DNA of 58,039 nucleotides, filler included, from Thelocarpon superellum (Eukaryota): the NCBI GenBank assembly GCA_026025795.1. It is 2 parts of 2 records of this genome, joined end to end, with 100 filler letters (N's around TTAATTAATTAA, not from the genome) between each part and the next. Parts side by side here need not be neighbours in the genome. Positions count along the whole stretch, not along the records: positions 1 to 29,027 come from JAPEUG010000227.1; positions 29,128 to 58,039 come from JAPEUG010000228.1. One strand, written 5' to 3'. The notes under the pieces were generated by a model. The model was not told the DNA's origin. It ran no database searches and was given only the letters and a program-made list of their open reading frames with translations. Positions 26,701-37,731 of the stretch are shown one piece after another. Position 1 is the first letter of the stretch. Every line of letters begins with the position of its first letter. The translations under genes were made by a program, and so were the position numbers.

Positions 26701-27120
26701 CGTCTGATTGGCCCCTCGGTGGCCCTGATGGAGCATGAGATGTCTCTTCAGCGACTGGAGAGGTTGGACAGGACTGTGCGGATGGGGCTCGATGGATGGG
26801 ATGGAATGGGGTGGGAAGTCAACCATCGATGCGTCTTGCTTCTTGGCTGGCCACACGTGCACGCCCATCGAGGTTGACGCGCGAGCGGGCGCGTGTGCTT
26901 ATGAAAGGGCGTCGTCGTCGTCGTCGACGTGCTGCGTCTGCTTCTGTCTCTGCTTCTTCTGCTTTCCTGCTTCTGGTCTTGATTTGGTCGTTCGAAAAGT
27001 GCCGACTACCAGACAAAATACCCATTCCACCGCATAGACCATCATCATTGTGACGTCGTCCCGTGGGCTCCCGCTCGACCACTTTCTTCCTTCCGTCCGG
27101 TCCATCTACTAGATCATCGT

Positions 27121-27907
27121 ATGATCCCGATGGTGGCCATGACGAAGAAGTTGCTCGTCGACGCGACCGCCCTCATCCTGCTCGCATGTCTCTGCACGCC
27201 GGCGCCGGCCCTGGCCCAGAATCCAGGCGACGCGGGCTCCGGCAGCTCGGTGCCCAACACAGCGGCGGGCAACGCGGCCGGTGCATCGGGCGATAACGAC
27301 TCGTTCAATCTGCCCAAAGGCGCCTTGATTGCTCTCGTCACCACCGCGGCCGTGGTGGCAGTCATTGGAAGTGCGTCCGCCGTGGCCACCTATTCCCTTC
27401 CCCCCTGCATCCACCCCGAAAACCCCACCTCCAGTCGAGTCGCGTCGGCAATGCTCCTCTCGATCTCCTCACTGACGATACAATCATCTTCCAGTCGCGT
27501 CTGCAACGCTCTTCTACATTGCCAAGAAACGCCAATGGGAGATCCGCAAGAGTCTGCGCAGGTCCGCCCGCCGCTTCACCGGCTCCCTTGCGCCTCCGTC
27601 CTCCCAATCCCGCCGTGCCTCGCGCCACCAACGAGGCGTGGCGCGCATCGTCGACGAGCCTGAGACATCCCAGTCCAAATCCCAGTCCAAACTCTCCTCC
27701 AAGTCCGGCCCCGCCCCCGTCTCCGCCTCCCAGGCACCCTCCACCCGCGCTCCCGCCCCCGCTCCTCTTTCCGCTTCCGCTCCGCGTGATCTCGAAAAGG
27801 GCGAGCCGGTCGTCACGAGCAGCTTCGAGGTCGAGAGTCCACCGCCCCAGAAGTTCTGGAACATGTCCGTCCCCCTCTTTTCGAAGAAGCGAGATGGCGG
27901 CCGATGA
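27121..27907 (+). CDS. Small single-pass membrane protein with signal peptide; exons 27121-27370, 27495-27907; ~220 aa
   Basis: Hydrophobic leader ending PALA. TM helix LIALVTTAAVVAVIG|IASATLFYI spans intron 27371-27494 (GTGCGT..ACTGAC..CAG), followed by basic AKKRQWEIRKSLRRSARR. The exact start ATG is uncertain. Confidence 0.8.
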
Positions 27908-28481
27908 GACCTGCGCGTCTTTCCAACGTCCGCTGTGTGTCTGCTGCTGTGAATGTACAGTGGACGATGACGATGGTGATGATGGTGGTGGGGCGTTTGG
28001 GAGACGGGAAGAGAAAGAGAAGGACAGTTCCGCGGAAATTCCGGTTCTACGTTCGTCGGTCTTCGTTGCGGCTTCATTTCGCTAATCGCGTGCATCTTGA
28101 CGCGATGTGGCTCTGATCGCTTCACTTCTCATCGGATATACGCACTCTTTGTTCCTTTCTCTGTACGATATATCACCGTTCTTTCTTATGGTCGACTTCC
28201 AGTAGTGTGGTAGAGGAAATAGAGCGAACTCGACTCCGACATCCATCATCGCGACGCGTGAAGACGTCAACTGCTCTCCGTACAGCAGTATTGTCACTTA
28301 TGAAGAAGAGGAACGCAACCGCAGCAAAAGCGCTGGGTCGGGGCGTTGGAGTCGCTCGGGACTGCGGAAGGAAGAAGTGGACAGTACTACTGTAGTATTG
28401 GTTTCAATCTCTCGGGTCGTAACGATCCCATCCCCAAACACCTGCATCCCTGCCCTTATCATCGTCTAACCCCTCCATCAT

Positions 28482-29027
28482 CTACTTTGCAAATTCGGCC
28501 ATGAACCCCTTGTGGAACGCGACGATCCGCGCCACCCAGTCCGTGCCAGGAGCCAGGAACGTCGTGCGGAAATGCAACGTCCCCTCCTTCTGGCCGAAGC
28601 CTGATCCCGGAACGACGCAGACCCCTGTGGCATCGAGAAGTCGTAGACAGTACATCTCGTCAGGCGATTTCCCATCTTTCTTTGCCTGCTCGATCGCGCC
28701 CGTGGGGAGTGTGATGGTGGGGAAGAGATACATTGAGCCCTGTCGTCCAAGTCAGACTGGCCGGGTGTGGAGCGGGGGGCAGAGTCGGAAGCATACCTGA
28801 GGATCCTGGCACTCGACTCCTTCCATCTGCTGAAAGGCTTGGTGAAGCGCATGGGCGCGCTCTTTGAGGCCATGGAAGATGCCGTCGTACTCGGCTCGAT
28901 AGAGGTCGTAGCTCGGATCGCCGGGCTTGGGCGGGTTGACCATCATCTCCACCACGCATTGCCCGATGACGGGCGCACACAGCATGATGCTGACGAACTT
29001 GTAGATCTGCGCCGCCACCTCGGGATC
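28482..29027 (-). CDS. ALT1: Alanine aminotransferase, 3' portion only, truncated by the spacer; exons 29027-28797, 28739-28482
   Basis: PQ|GSMYLFPTI..YCLRLLDATGVCVVPGSGFGQKEGTLHFRTTFL is the ALT C-terminal signature. Intron 28740-28796 is GTATGC..CTGAC..CAG. Confidence 0.92.
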
Positions 29028-29127
29028 NNNNNNNNNNNNNNNNNNNNNNNNNNNNNNNNNNNNNNNNNNNNTTAATTAATTAANNNNNNNNNNNNNNNNN
29101 NNNNNNNNNNNNNNNNNNNNNNNNNNN
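29028..29127. other. Artificial contig-joining spacer: 44 N + TTAATTAATTAA + 44 N
   Basis: Exactly 100 nt and symmetric. The central palindromic 12-mer puts stop codons in all six frames. Confidence 0.95.
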
Positions 29128-30253
29128 CCCGACCAGGATACCACTGCCAACTGCAAGTCGAGCCCCGCAGCACGCCAAGAGGGCTTTGAGCTGTCGTCGA
29201 GGGTATCCGAGCAGTATTATGGGCAATCGGAGGGTGGTGCCCTTCCTACTCCTACGGTTGATGGTCGAAGTCGCCCAGTCCTGCCAAAGCATCGAAGCAT
29301 GGATCTGCCCCGCACTGGTGGTTGCCATCGATGCGATCCAGACCGCGGAGATTCGATACGCCCATGTTTACTTATGCGGGGAGCGATGATGCGTGTGTCA
29401 CCGCAATGATCGTGGTACCGTGTAACTTGCCTCTGGGTGCGAGAAGTCGCCCTTGCTAATGACCCTGCGGTGGCCCCTTGCGGGATGAGGACAACGACGC
29501 GTATGCCTCTGCGCACGACTTGAATACTGTGGTGAAAGTGGACATGTGGAAAGTGGACGAGCGGGTCTTGTGCTCTGGCCGGTGATGTCGTCTTTCTGTC
29601 GTCGTAATCTACTTCATGTACGGTGGTGGGGCCTCATCTCACGCAGTGCTGATGTTTCAAACCAAGCACGTGCCGGAAGAGGGCTTCGGGCGAATGGGTG
29701 ATCCAACGCACTGATCCAAGATGCAAATGTTCCTTTCACCAGCTCTTGACCCAAGCATGGGAGGCCGAGCCCCAAAACGCCATGCGATCGCTCCCAACCG
29801 TTCTAAAAGTTGTTCAATCCTTCAGCCGACACCCCGTGACGCACGCAAACCAGTAACGCAATCCAAACCACCAGGGCGAAGAGGAAGTCCCGACGGACAT
29901 GAATCGAAAAGCCAGGGGCGACGAAGCGAGGCGAGGAGGTGGCGATGAGATATGCGACGCAGGCGGGCAGCATTGCACAGCCCATGACTCCCAGAGGGAG
30001 GAGGGGCGACGTGCGAGCGAAACGGTGACGTGGACTGGGTCAGGACGGCTTCTGCTGCGCATCCCAAAAGCCTCGTGAGACTTGACGCGGCGAGCGCAGG
30101 CGTGTCCCGTCGGCCTCCTGCCCCTGCGCGCCACCCTCGACGCCAAGACCCCGGATCCAAGCCATTCAAGCCATCCGTCCATCCATCCTTCGTCGGGCTC
30201 GGCGACGCCGTGGAGAATCAGAAAGGCACAATCCCGGTCCTTCCAATGTCGGC

Positions 30254-31717
30254 TCAGTCAAACGAGCCATCCTCAAAGAGGGCGCGGTAGACGGTCCGGG
30301 TGGCGTCGCACACGCCCGTCTTATTCTTCCACGCGTCAAAGTCGTGCTCAAGCTCGCACGCGGTGTAGCGCAGCTCGTCCCAGAGATCCTTCTCCAGGTC
30401 CGTGCCGAACTTGGCGATCATCGCCTCGGGCGGGCCCCACATACGTTGCTTGACGTCCTTGGAGTATTTCAACGGCATCTTGGCCGCGTCGGCCTTGATC
30501 GTCTGGCAATGCACAAACATCTGCCGCGGCTTCGCGTCGGGCGTGTTCAGCGTCTTGCCGAGCGCGTGGTGCTCATAGTCGTCCTGCGGGTGGTGCTGCA
30601 AGGCCGCCGTGCCCCGGAACTCGCCATTGCTCTTGCGCTGGTAGCCCGCGGTGCCGATCTTGCTTTGCACCGTGTAAAAGGGAGCCGCGAGCGCCTGGGC
30701 CGCCGCGACAAACGTCTCCTTGTCGCCCTGCCCGATGGCGCCCTGCGACAGGAGGGGATAGAAATGCGAGGGCCCATAGTAGTTGTAGTAGGCCATCAGG
30801 AGCATCGTCGTCGCGTGCACGCGTTTGGAGATGAGCAGCTGGCCCGACTCCGACGCCGCTCGATCCATGGGTGACGGCGCCGGCCGGATGGCGGAAATGG
30901 TGTAGTAGTCGGCGGATGCGGTGGTGCCCCAATAGTCGGGCCAGGCGACCAGGCCGTGTTGGCGGTAGACCTCCGTCTGGAAGAGCCGCTCCGGCGGCGA
31001 GACGGCGATGTTGTCGGCGTCGAGCCAGAGGATGTCCTCAAAGGTGGAGAAGAGAAAGGCAAAGGCCTTGATCTGGTAGTGCGTCACGTCCTCCGGGATG
31101 GGCGAGATGGCGAAGAAGGGGGCCATGGGCACGCAACGGGCGTTCAGCTTGGGCAGCACGTTGACGCAAATGTCCGACTCGGCGTCGGCCGTGGCAAATT
31201 GCTCGAGGAAGACCTCGACCGGGAGGGTGGAGCCGGTGCGCCGCAGCAGGCGGAGCGAGACAACGAGCACGGGCAGGAAGTTGCCGGCGGCGGAGGTGAC
31301 GATGCCTTGCGTGCCCGCCACGTACGGCGCCGTGCTCAACGCGCCCGGCCGCAATTTGGCGACGAAGCGGGCGTGCGCGACCTGCATCTCCGACACTTTG
31401 GCCAGCGGCATCTCCAGCTGGTTGGGGAGGGCATAGGACGAGTCGATTTGGTCGAAGCCGATGAAGTGCGCCCCATCGAATCCTGACGGCACGTCCACCG
31501 GCGGTTCGGTCTCGACCAGCGCCTGGGCAAACGGGCGCCAGAAGTTGACGAACTCGGGCGAATAGGCCGTCGGCGCGCGAAGGGCGGCGGGATGGAGGGC
31601 GGAGATGTCTAGGTGGGAGATCTGCACCCATGAGACGTGCGTCCAAGTGACATAGAAGATGGCGAGGATGAGGACGAGGGTGAACCACTGCCGCCGCACA
31701 CCGGGATGGATGGACAT
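30254..31717 (-). CDS. Golgi alpha-1,2-mannosyltransferase, MNN2/MNN5 family (GT71); intronless; ~487 aa
   Basis: Type II signal anchor WFTLVLILAIFYVTW, GIVTSAAG..LRLLRRTGSTLPVEVF, YQIKAFAFLFSTFEDILWLDADN (DxD), WPDYW, ESGQLLISK and QGAIGQGDKETF. The start could be at 31729 instead. Confidence 0.9.
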   Translation of the reverse strand: MSIHPGVRRQWFTLVLILAIFYVTWTHVSWVQISHLDISALHPAALRAPTAYSPEFVNFWRPFAQALVETEPPVDVPSGFDGAHFIGFDQIDSSYALPNQLEMPLAKVSEMQVAHARFVAKLRPGALSTAPYVAGTQGIVTSAAGNFLPVLVVSLRLLRRTGSTLPVEVFLEQFATADAESDICVNVLPKLNARCVPMAPFFAISPIPEDVTHYQIKAFAFLFSTFEDILWLDADNIAVSPPERLFQTEVYRQHGLVAWPDYWGTTASADYYTISAIRPAPSPMDRAASESGQLLISKRVHATTMLLMAYYNYYGPSHFYPLLSQGAIGQGDKETFVAAAQALAAPFYTVQSKIGTAGYQRKSNGEFRGTAALQHHPQDDYEHHALGKTLNTPDAKPRQMFVHCQTIKADAAKMPLKYSKDVKQRMWGPPEAMIAKFGTDLEKDLWDELRYTACELEHDFDAWKNKTGVCDATRTVYRALFEDGSFD

Positions 31718-33133
31718 GTTGGGCAGCATCGGGCAACAAGGCCCTGGGCCCGAGGTGCGATCGCGATGGCAGCGAGGAGGACGACAGACAAAGGGTGGAG
31801 GGCGGCCGTCGAATGGCGTGGAGGGGGTTGAGGCAGCGATGGCACGTCGTGAAGACGAGAGGGATGATTCAATATTGGCTGCGCTGGTCCTTATACTGGG
31901 AAGCGAGTCAACAGACGCATTCTTGCCTGCGCTCTGAGTGCCCGGCGGCGGCAGGTCCAACCTCCGTCATCCGCCAAGGTTCGAGGCTCCTTGCTGGTGC
32001 AAAGGACTCTGGTAGCGCTGCCGCCACTCCTCCAGCCACGAGCAGAGTCGACGCACTGAATCGGCGGAGCACCAGGCAATCCTCGGTCCTCCATATGGCG
32101 TCTCCGTACGTCGCACCCCGTACCGCGTACCGGGCCCTGCCCTGCAAAGGGCCTGGCTTCGGGCGCCGTGCGCCGTGCGCCGTCTCTCGTCCCGGGCCCT
32201 ATGCCAGGCCATGCAAAGGGCACCCTATCTCACCTAATGCTACGCGGGATCGCCGAGCACTACTCGCGACTGATTGGCGCCTTCCGACACCACCCTAACA
32301 TAGCTCCCCTCTGTCAGCTCCACAGTGCAACGTCGCCAAGCTCGTCCCGGCGCTAGCGCCCAACCCTTGTGTGGAACAGCATAGGACGATGGCGCAAGGG
32401 GGCGATGCGTCGGTTTGAAGAAAGGGCCAGCGAGGCACGCTGCAGCCCCACGGTGCTGAGATGGACACCTCCCTTCGTGCCGGGCCTCCGAGGCGTTGGC
32501 ATCGCGCTCCGCTATCACTCGCCCCGGTGCATCTTCGTAGCTGTCCCCGATACGGTGGGAGAGAGAGAGGGAGGGACATGAGGCCAGAGCCACCAAGCGC
32601 GCGATGGTCAGGGACATGGTGAATTGGCCCGTTCATTTGCCGAACGCGACCGGCCGCCTGACCGGTCCCTTGTTTCGACTGAAATGATTTAGCCGAGCAG
32701 GATCTGGTAGGCTTCAGGCCCTGTTTCCGTGCCCGCCTCGGAGGATAGTGGCCAGGGTCTGGATCGTTACGGCGATCGAGGCCGCTTATGCTCTACACAG
32801 CCGAGCGAGGCTGAGGCAGGTCTTGGTCGCACCATGATGACTACTCCTTCTGGTACGTGGGACTTCTGGAACCAAAGAAGGCCGCCGAAGAGACGATGGA
32901 CGCCAAAATGAATGTCGAGATGGATGCCAAGATAAGTCCGCTCGCCGTCGAGATGGCGCCCGCATACATCAAATATAGAACCAGGCTGTAGCGTGCGTAG
33001 CGTGCGGCAGAGAGCATGTTGACCGCAACGACCAGTTGACTCGGCTTGACGGGACTTGTCCTTGGTACCACCAGTGTGCAGATGAGAATTCATGCTGATC
33101 CAAAGAGCGGGCTTTCGTCTACAAGGATGGCAT

Positions 33134-34241
33134 TTACATGAAGTCGTCCAGAAAATCGTCCGGCCGATCCTGGTTACTGGACTGCGCGATGCTCTCCTCG
33201 TTCAGCAGATCTTCATAGGCGTGGTCCCGCTGCCACGCCTTTTCCTTCCGCTCTCGCGCCACCTTCGCCTCCTCCTTCCGCTACGGTCTCGCGTCAGTCT
33301 TGCATCATAGTCACACTCCGCGCCCCTCTGGCCCTGAGGGAGCCAGCCACTCACGCGTTCCATCTGCGCCGCTTGGTCGCGCCGTCGCACTTCTTTGAGC
33401 CTCGTCTCCTTCTCTTGTCGCAGATCCGGGAATTTCTCAACCTTGGTCCTGTTCAACCGGTTTACCATTGCGTTTTCTCGCTGCGACACCAGGATTTTCT
33501 TGACCTGGCCAACATCATGGTGGAGTGTCAGCCCCGCGCGAGACTGGTATTGCCTGCGATGACGACGCGGGAGGAAGAGGTGTCACCTGCTTCGGGTCTT
33601 TGAACGAGACCTGACCCACCGCCATACTTCCATCCTTTTTGAGATTCGACCAGGGCGTATAGATGACGGTCTGGTTATCTTTCTTGTTCCCTACGCGTCC
33701 AGATGGTCAATCGTAGGACACGAGCTCGGGGCCGCCCGCGCGCAAGCACCTTCGATCGAGTTGGCCTTGGTCAATTGGGCGCAATCGTCCAGCAAGGCGG
33801 CGGGGATGGCATCCCACCGATCGCCTTCGTTCATCCGCAAATAGACATGCGCACTGGACAGCTTGTCGACGTGGAACTGCATGCATCGAGTTGGCAACAC
33901 GCCTCACGTCGCCGCCCGCCCTCGTGCCAGCTTACCCTACAACACACACCCGGCGAGCTTAGCTACCGCCGCAACAGACGTCGTGTACTTTGACAGCAAG
34001 ATGTAGATGACCATACCACACATCCTCGTCCAGACCATATTTGATGAGTTCTTCATCTATTCGCTTTTTTCAGCATCGCCCTGGGCAGGATCATGACCAC
34101 ATCCATCATCGTGGCAGTGCCTGGGCCGGGGCCTGGGCCGGGGCCGGGGCCAGATGGAACGCGCTCACTTTCGACTTTGTCCTTGCCCACGTAGATGAAG
34201 GCCGCGGGCTGCACCGTATTGGAGGTGAAGTAGAATACCAT
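33134..34241 (-). CDS. CCDC25: CCDC25 / DUF814 (NFACT-R domain; yeast Jlp2-like); exons 34241-34169, 34056-34017, 33936 (1 nt), 33876-33750, 33690-33587, 33504-33355, 33280-33134; 213 aa
   Basis: Spliced product [85 protein letters not shown]. Exon lengths sum to 642 nt (214 codons) with the 1-nt exon included. Confidence 0.92.
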
Positions 34242-34518
34242 GGCGATGTCGACCTGGTCCTGGGGCGATGGAATTGACATATGTACCGCGAAGCATCGGC
34301 ACAGTGGAGAGGCACCGCTTGAGTCGGCGCGGGACGACCCGGTCATCGGAACTTGCCGCCATTTCCCTCGAAGTGTAGTCCGATGAAAGAGCCCGATGAA
34401 GACCGCGAAAGATGTTGCGATGTACTTAATTCCACCTACCCCTACGCCCAGCGGCTTTGCTACGTAGTCTGCTATGCGAGCTATGCCGGTAGGGCACAGT
34501 TGAGCATCGAAAGCTACT

Positions 34519-35163
34519 CTAGGATTGACCGCTTGATGCGTGCGCTGCGAACGGATCAGGCATGTTAGGTTCCAGCAGCTCGACCCTCGTGCCATCCTTG
34601 GTCTCGAGGCTCCACTCCACCGTATCGAACTGGAGATGTGACGTCGTCAGCACAGTGATTTCTTCGTACCTGGACAGCCAGGTCCCCACGACGCAACTCA
34701 CATGTCCCATCCGTCCCCTCCTCAAACTCTTGAAGCGCATCAAGCCCTCTCCGCTCTTCCCCTTGACCCAGAAACGGATATCGATTCTGCCATGTAACTG
34801 GTTCATCTCGCCGCTGATCCAGGGGATCTTGGAGCGGAAATAGATCTCATCGCCGAGAATGGCGCGGGCCTTGGGTGAGGTGCGCAGCGCGTACAGCGTG
34901 CTGCTCACGATGGAGGAAGAGGACTTCTGGTAGTTGAAAATGGCCAAGGTGGAGGCGCCAAGGATGACGAGGAAGAGCGGGAGTGTGCGCAGGAAGCGCC
35001 GCGGTGCTCGCACGGGGGGTAGCGCGCGGTCGGGACGTCGTTCCATGAGCGGGCCTGAGCCGGGTGCCGGAGGGGCGATCAGGCGTCGGATTATCTGCTG
35101 GCCGTGGCGCCGTGGACGCATCATCGTGGCCAGAAGGGACCGGGTGGGTGGTCGAGGAAGCAT
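34519..35163 (-). CDS. COA1: Cytochrome c oxidase assembly factor Coa1 family; exons 35163-34702, 34629-34519; ~190 aa
   Basis: Arg-rich presequence, one TM helix, and FNYQKSSSSIVSSTLYALRTSP..LGDEI..PWISGEMNQLHGRIDIRFWVKG. Intron 34630-34701 is GTGAGT..GCTGAC..CAG. Confidence 0.85.
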   Translation of the reverse strand: MLPRPPTRSLLATMMRPRRHGQQIIRRLIAPPAPGSGPLMERRPDRALPPVRAPRRFLRTLPLFLVILGASTLAIFNYQKSSSSIVSSTLYALRTSPKARAILGDEIYFRSKIPWISGEMNQLHGRIDIRFWVKGKSGEGLMRFKSLRRGRMGHVSCVVGTWLSRYEEITVLTTSHLQFDTVEWSLETKDGTRVELLEPNMPDPFAAHASSGQS

Positions 35164-35419
35164 GTTGGAGTTTAGCAGTGTGCCAGAGACAGCATCGCAA
35201 AGGATATGGTATATGGTGAGAGTATGGCACGGATGATTTGAACGTGGTTGAGATATCGCGACACCAGCGACGCATAGCGGGAGAGGGAGATTCCGTGAGG
35301 AATCACTACCGCCCGGCGAGATGTAGCAACTCTTGGCGAGTCCATGACGAATAGCCCTACAAGCTACGGGTCATCGTCGATGTCGACATGAATGTCCGCC
35401 CATCCACAAGAACGACACC

Positions 35420-36159
35420 ATGGCCGCAGCCAGACTTCGACGGACCTCTCGACATCCTCTAGATGGTGAGGATGACGACGACGATGAAGCAGAGCACCTA
35501 GACGAGGAAGGTACGTGGTCCAGCCACGAACAAAACCTTGACGCTCAAGCCACGCTCACAACCGATGCAGAACAGGAGAAGCTCATTGACACCTTACAAG
35601 CGACGAATGACGCCCAGAATGCGCTCTACACCGTTAGTGTGACTTCCGACATAGTCAAGCTGCTCGGACAGGGTGGCTGATGAGCTTCGTTTCGATGCCA
35701 GAAAGCCCTCGTGGCCATCTCGGTCTTGCTCGTGATCCCCTATCTCTTCGTCCTTCCGCATGACCCCCTCCTGGCCACGCTCTCGACGACCTCCCTTCTG
35801 AGTACGGCTTACATCTTACTCCGCATCCCACTCACCGGCATCTCTGCCTTCTCTGCCCTCAACACCGTCCTCTCGCCCATCGAGCGATATCTAGCTTCTC
35901 TGAATGGAGCACTGAGCGCTCTCGTCTTCCTCATTGGCACTGTTCGCAAGAATAGGCTGCAGGAATGGGCGGATGCTAGAAGCTGGCTGGGTCTTGTCCC
36001 CGGAGGTGAGTCTGAACCCTTCTCCTGGCTTGGTACTGGTCATGTTACGGCGCTAACGGCTCAGTCCTCTTTGCCCTCGTCATGCTCGCAAGGAGAGAGA
36101 TGCGCGCCGTCGACGTTCGCGGGTTAGAGGCCTTGCGATATGAGTACAAGGGGGCTTGA
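35420..36159 (+). CDS. Uncharacterised multi-pass membrane protein; exons 35420-35510, 35571-35632, 35702-36005, 36065-36159; ~183 aa
   Basis: Three GT-AG introns give a continuous frame: acidic N-terminus LDEE|EQEKLI, about four hydrophobic segments, and C-terminus LEALRYEYKGA*. Confidence 0.82.
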
Positions 36160-36241
36160 ATTTGAATCAGATGGGGTACGGGCGGTTTGTGAGGCACATG
36201 GTACATACAAGAAGTAGAAGTATGCTTGATGTATTCGTCAA

Positions 36242-37277
36242 CTATACCACCGCCCTCTCACCCTCTGTCGTCGCGTCACTCGCCGGTGGCGCGGTGGCGG
36301 AGGCAGATGGGTCCGAGGCAGTCTCGGCCTCGGGCCAGGGCTTCTTGATTGCGTCCTGGATCTTGACAATGGCGCCCTTCTTGCCACTGATGGAGCCATG
36401 TAAGACGATGATGCCCGTCTCGGCGTCCACCATCAGCACTTTGACGTTCTGCGTCGTCACTTGCTGTCCGCCCATGCGCCCAGCCATCCGCTTGCCCGGG
36501 TAGACACGCGATCCACCGCCCTGCGATTGGCCAGCGGAGCCCATCGCGCGATGCGTCAATGACACACCATGGCTGCGCGGCTGCCCCTTGAAGCCGTGTC
36601 GCTTCATCCCCTACGCACGAGAGACCCCATCAGCATTGACCCGTGACGCGTGAGGGCCGCGATGGAGCAGGGAGACCTACTCCTGCAAATCCCTTGCTGG
36701 CACAGTTCGCTCGAGCATCCACGTACTGGCCTTCCTGGAACCAGCCCGCGCCCAACGTCGTTCCGATCTCCACCAATCCGTCTTCGCCCCGGACCCGGAA
36801 CTCGGCCATATGTCGCTTGGGGCTCACCCCGGCGACGGCAAAGTGACCCAGCATCGGGCGCGTGACGTTGCTGGGATGCTGCCACCCACAGCCAACCTGA
36901 ACGGCGTAGTAGCCATGGCGCTGGCGCGTCTTGTGCGCCACGACCTGTGCGCGGTCGACCTGTAGCACGGTGCAGGGCGTCCGGACGCCGGTGGTGGGAG
37001 AATAAACGCCGGTCATGCCTTTCTTGACAGCCAGCACCCCCGCTCGTGGCGGTAACGTCTTGGCTTTCCGTTGCAACGCGGCGGCGCGGCTGGTGGTGAG
37101 GACGGGCAAGGATGGACCGACATTGAAGCGGTCGGGTCGAGGCGCGAAGACGGACTGAATCCCTCGCCGGATGATGCTGGGGCCGAGTGGATGACGACAA
37201 CAAGCTGACGGCCGTTGAGGGAGGAGAAACCGGGGAGGTAGTTGCCGTGCCCAGGTCAAGCTCGGCTTGACGGGCAT
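36242..37277 (-). CDS. MRPL9: Mitochondrial ribosomal protein uL3m; exons 37277-36681, 36610-36242
   Basis: GVLAVKKGMT..PCTVLQVD..GYYAVQVG..SKGFAG|GMKRHGFKGQPRSHGVSLTHRAMGSAGQSQGGGSRVYPGKRMAGRMG; N-terminal presequence. Confidence 0.95.
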
Positions 37278-37731
37278 GATGAACGAATGGCCGGGTCGGG
37301 TGGATGTGGTCGAAGTTCTCGGTGGATGCGATGGAAGGTTGGAGGGCAAAGAGAAACGAGACGCGGGAATTTCGGTTGTGCTTGTCCGTGCTCTTAACCT
37401 TACGGAGCCCTTCACCCTAAACGGGGGGCTACCCGAGTGACCATGATCCCGGCAGAGCTCGCCCGGAGCGCCCCTGCCTCCGGGCGGACTCCCATACCCC
37501 CAGATATCCTACGTTAGTGGCACGCTCAAGGAGGGCCGCCAAACGCAACGAGAAACACCACGAGCGTTATATTCCCCATCTATCATCTCTCCCACCAGAT
37601 ACCCTGACGTCCTCTCTATATGCAACAGCGCCATGTCCAACTAAACACCAACGAAGCAACGCCAGTGCATGTCCATGACCGTGTCTTTCATCTGTCCACG
37701 GTGCGAGTAAGAGCATGCCATCTACAAATCT

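Noticed and set aside
29072..29083. TTAATTAATTAA palindrome as a biological element or TTAA transposon target
   Set aside because: Centred in a symmetric 100-nt N spacer; it is an assembly linker.
29128..29409. Open frame directly right of the spacer, a possible 3' end of a gene or the ALT1 continuation
   Set aside because: Translation is not ALT-like and is unrecognisable; too short to support.
31718..31960. N-terminal extension of the mannosyltransferase ORF given by the ORF track
   Set aside because: It starts at a non-ATG codon; the ATG just before the signal anchor fits type II Golgi enzymes.
33877..34016. Classical [D1,2] or [A2,3] stwintron reading of the CCDC25 double intron
   Set aside because: Both introns have intact donors and acceptors and the intervening G is needed in the mRNA, so it is an exon rather than a split splice site.
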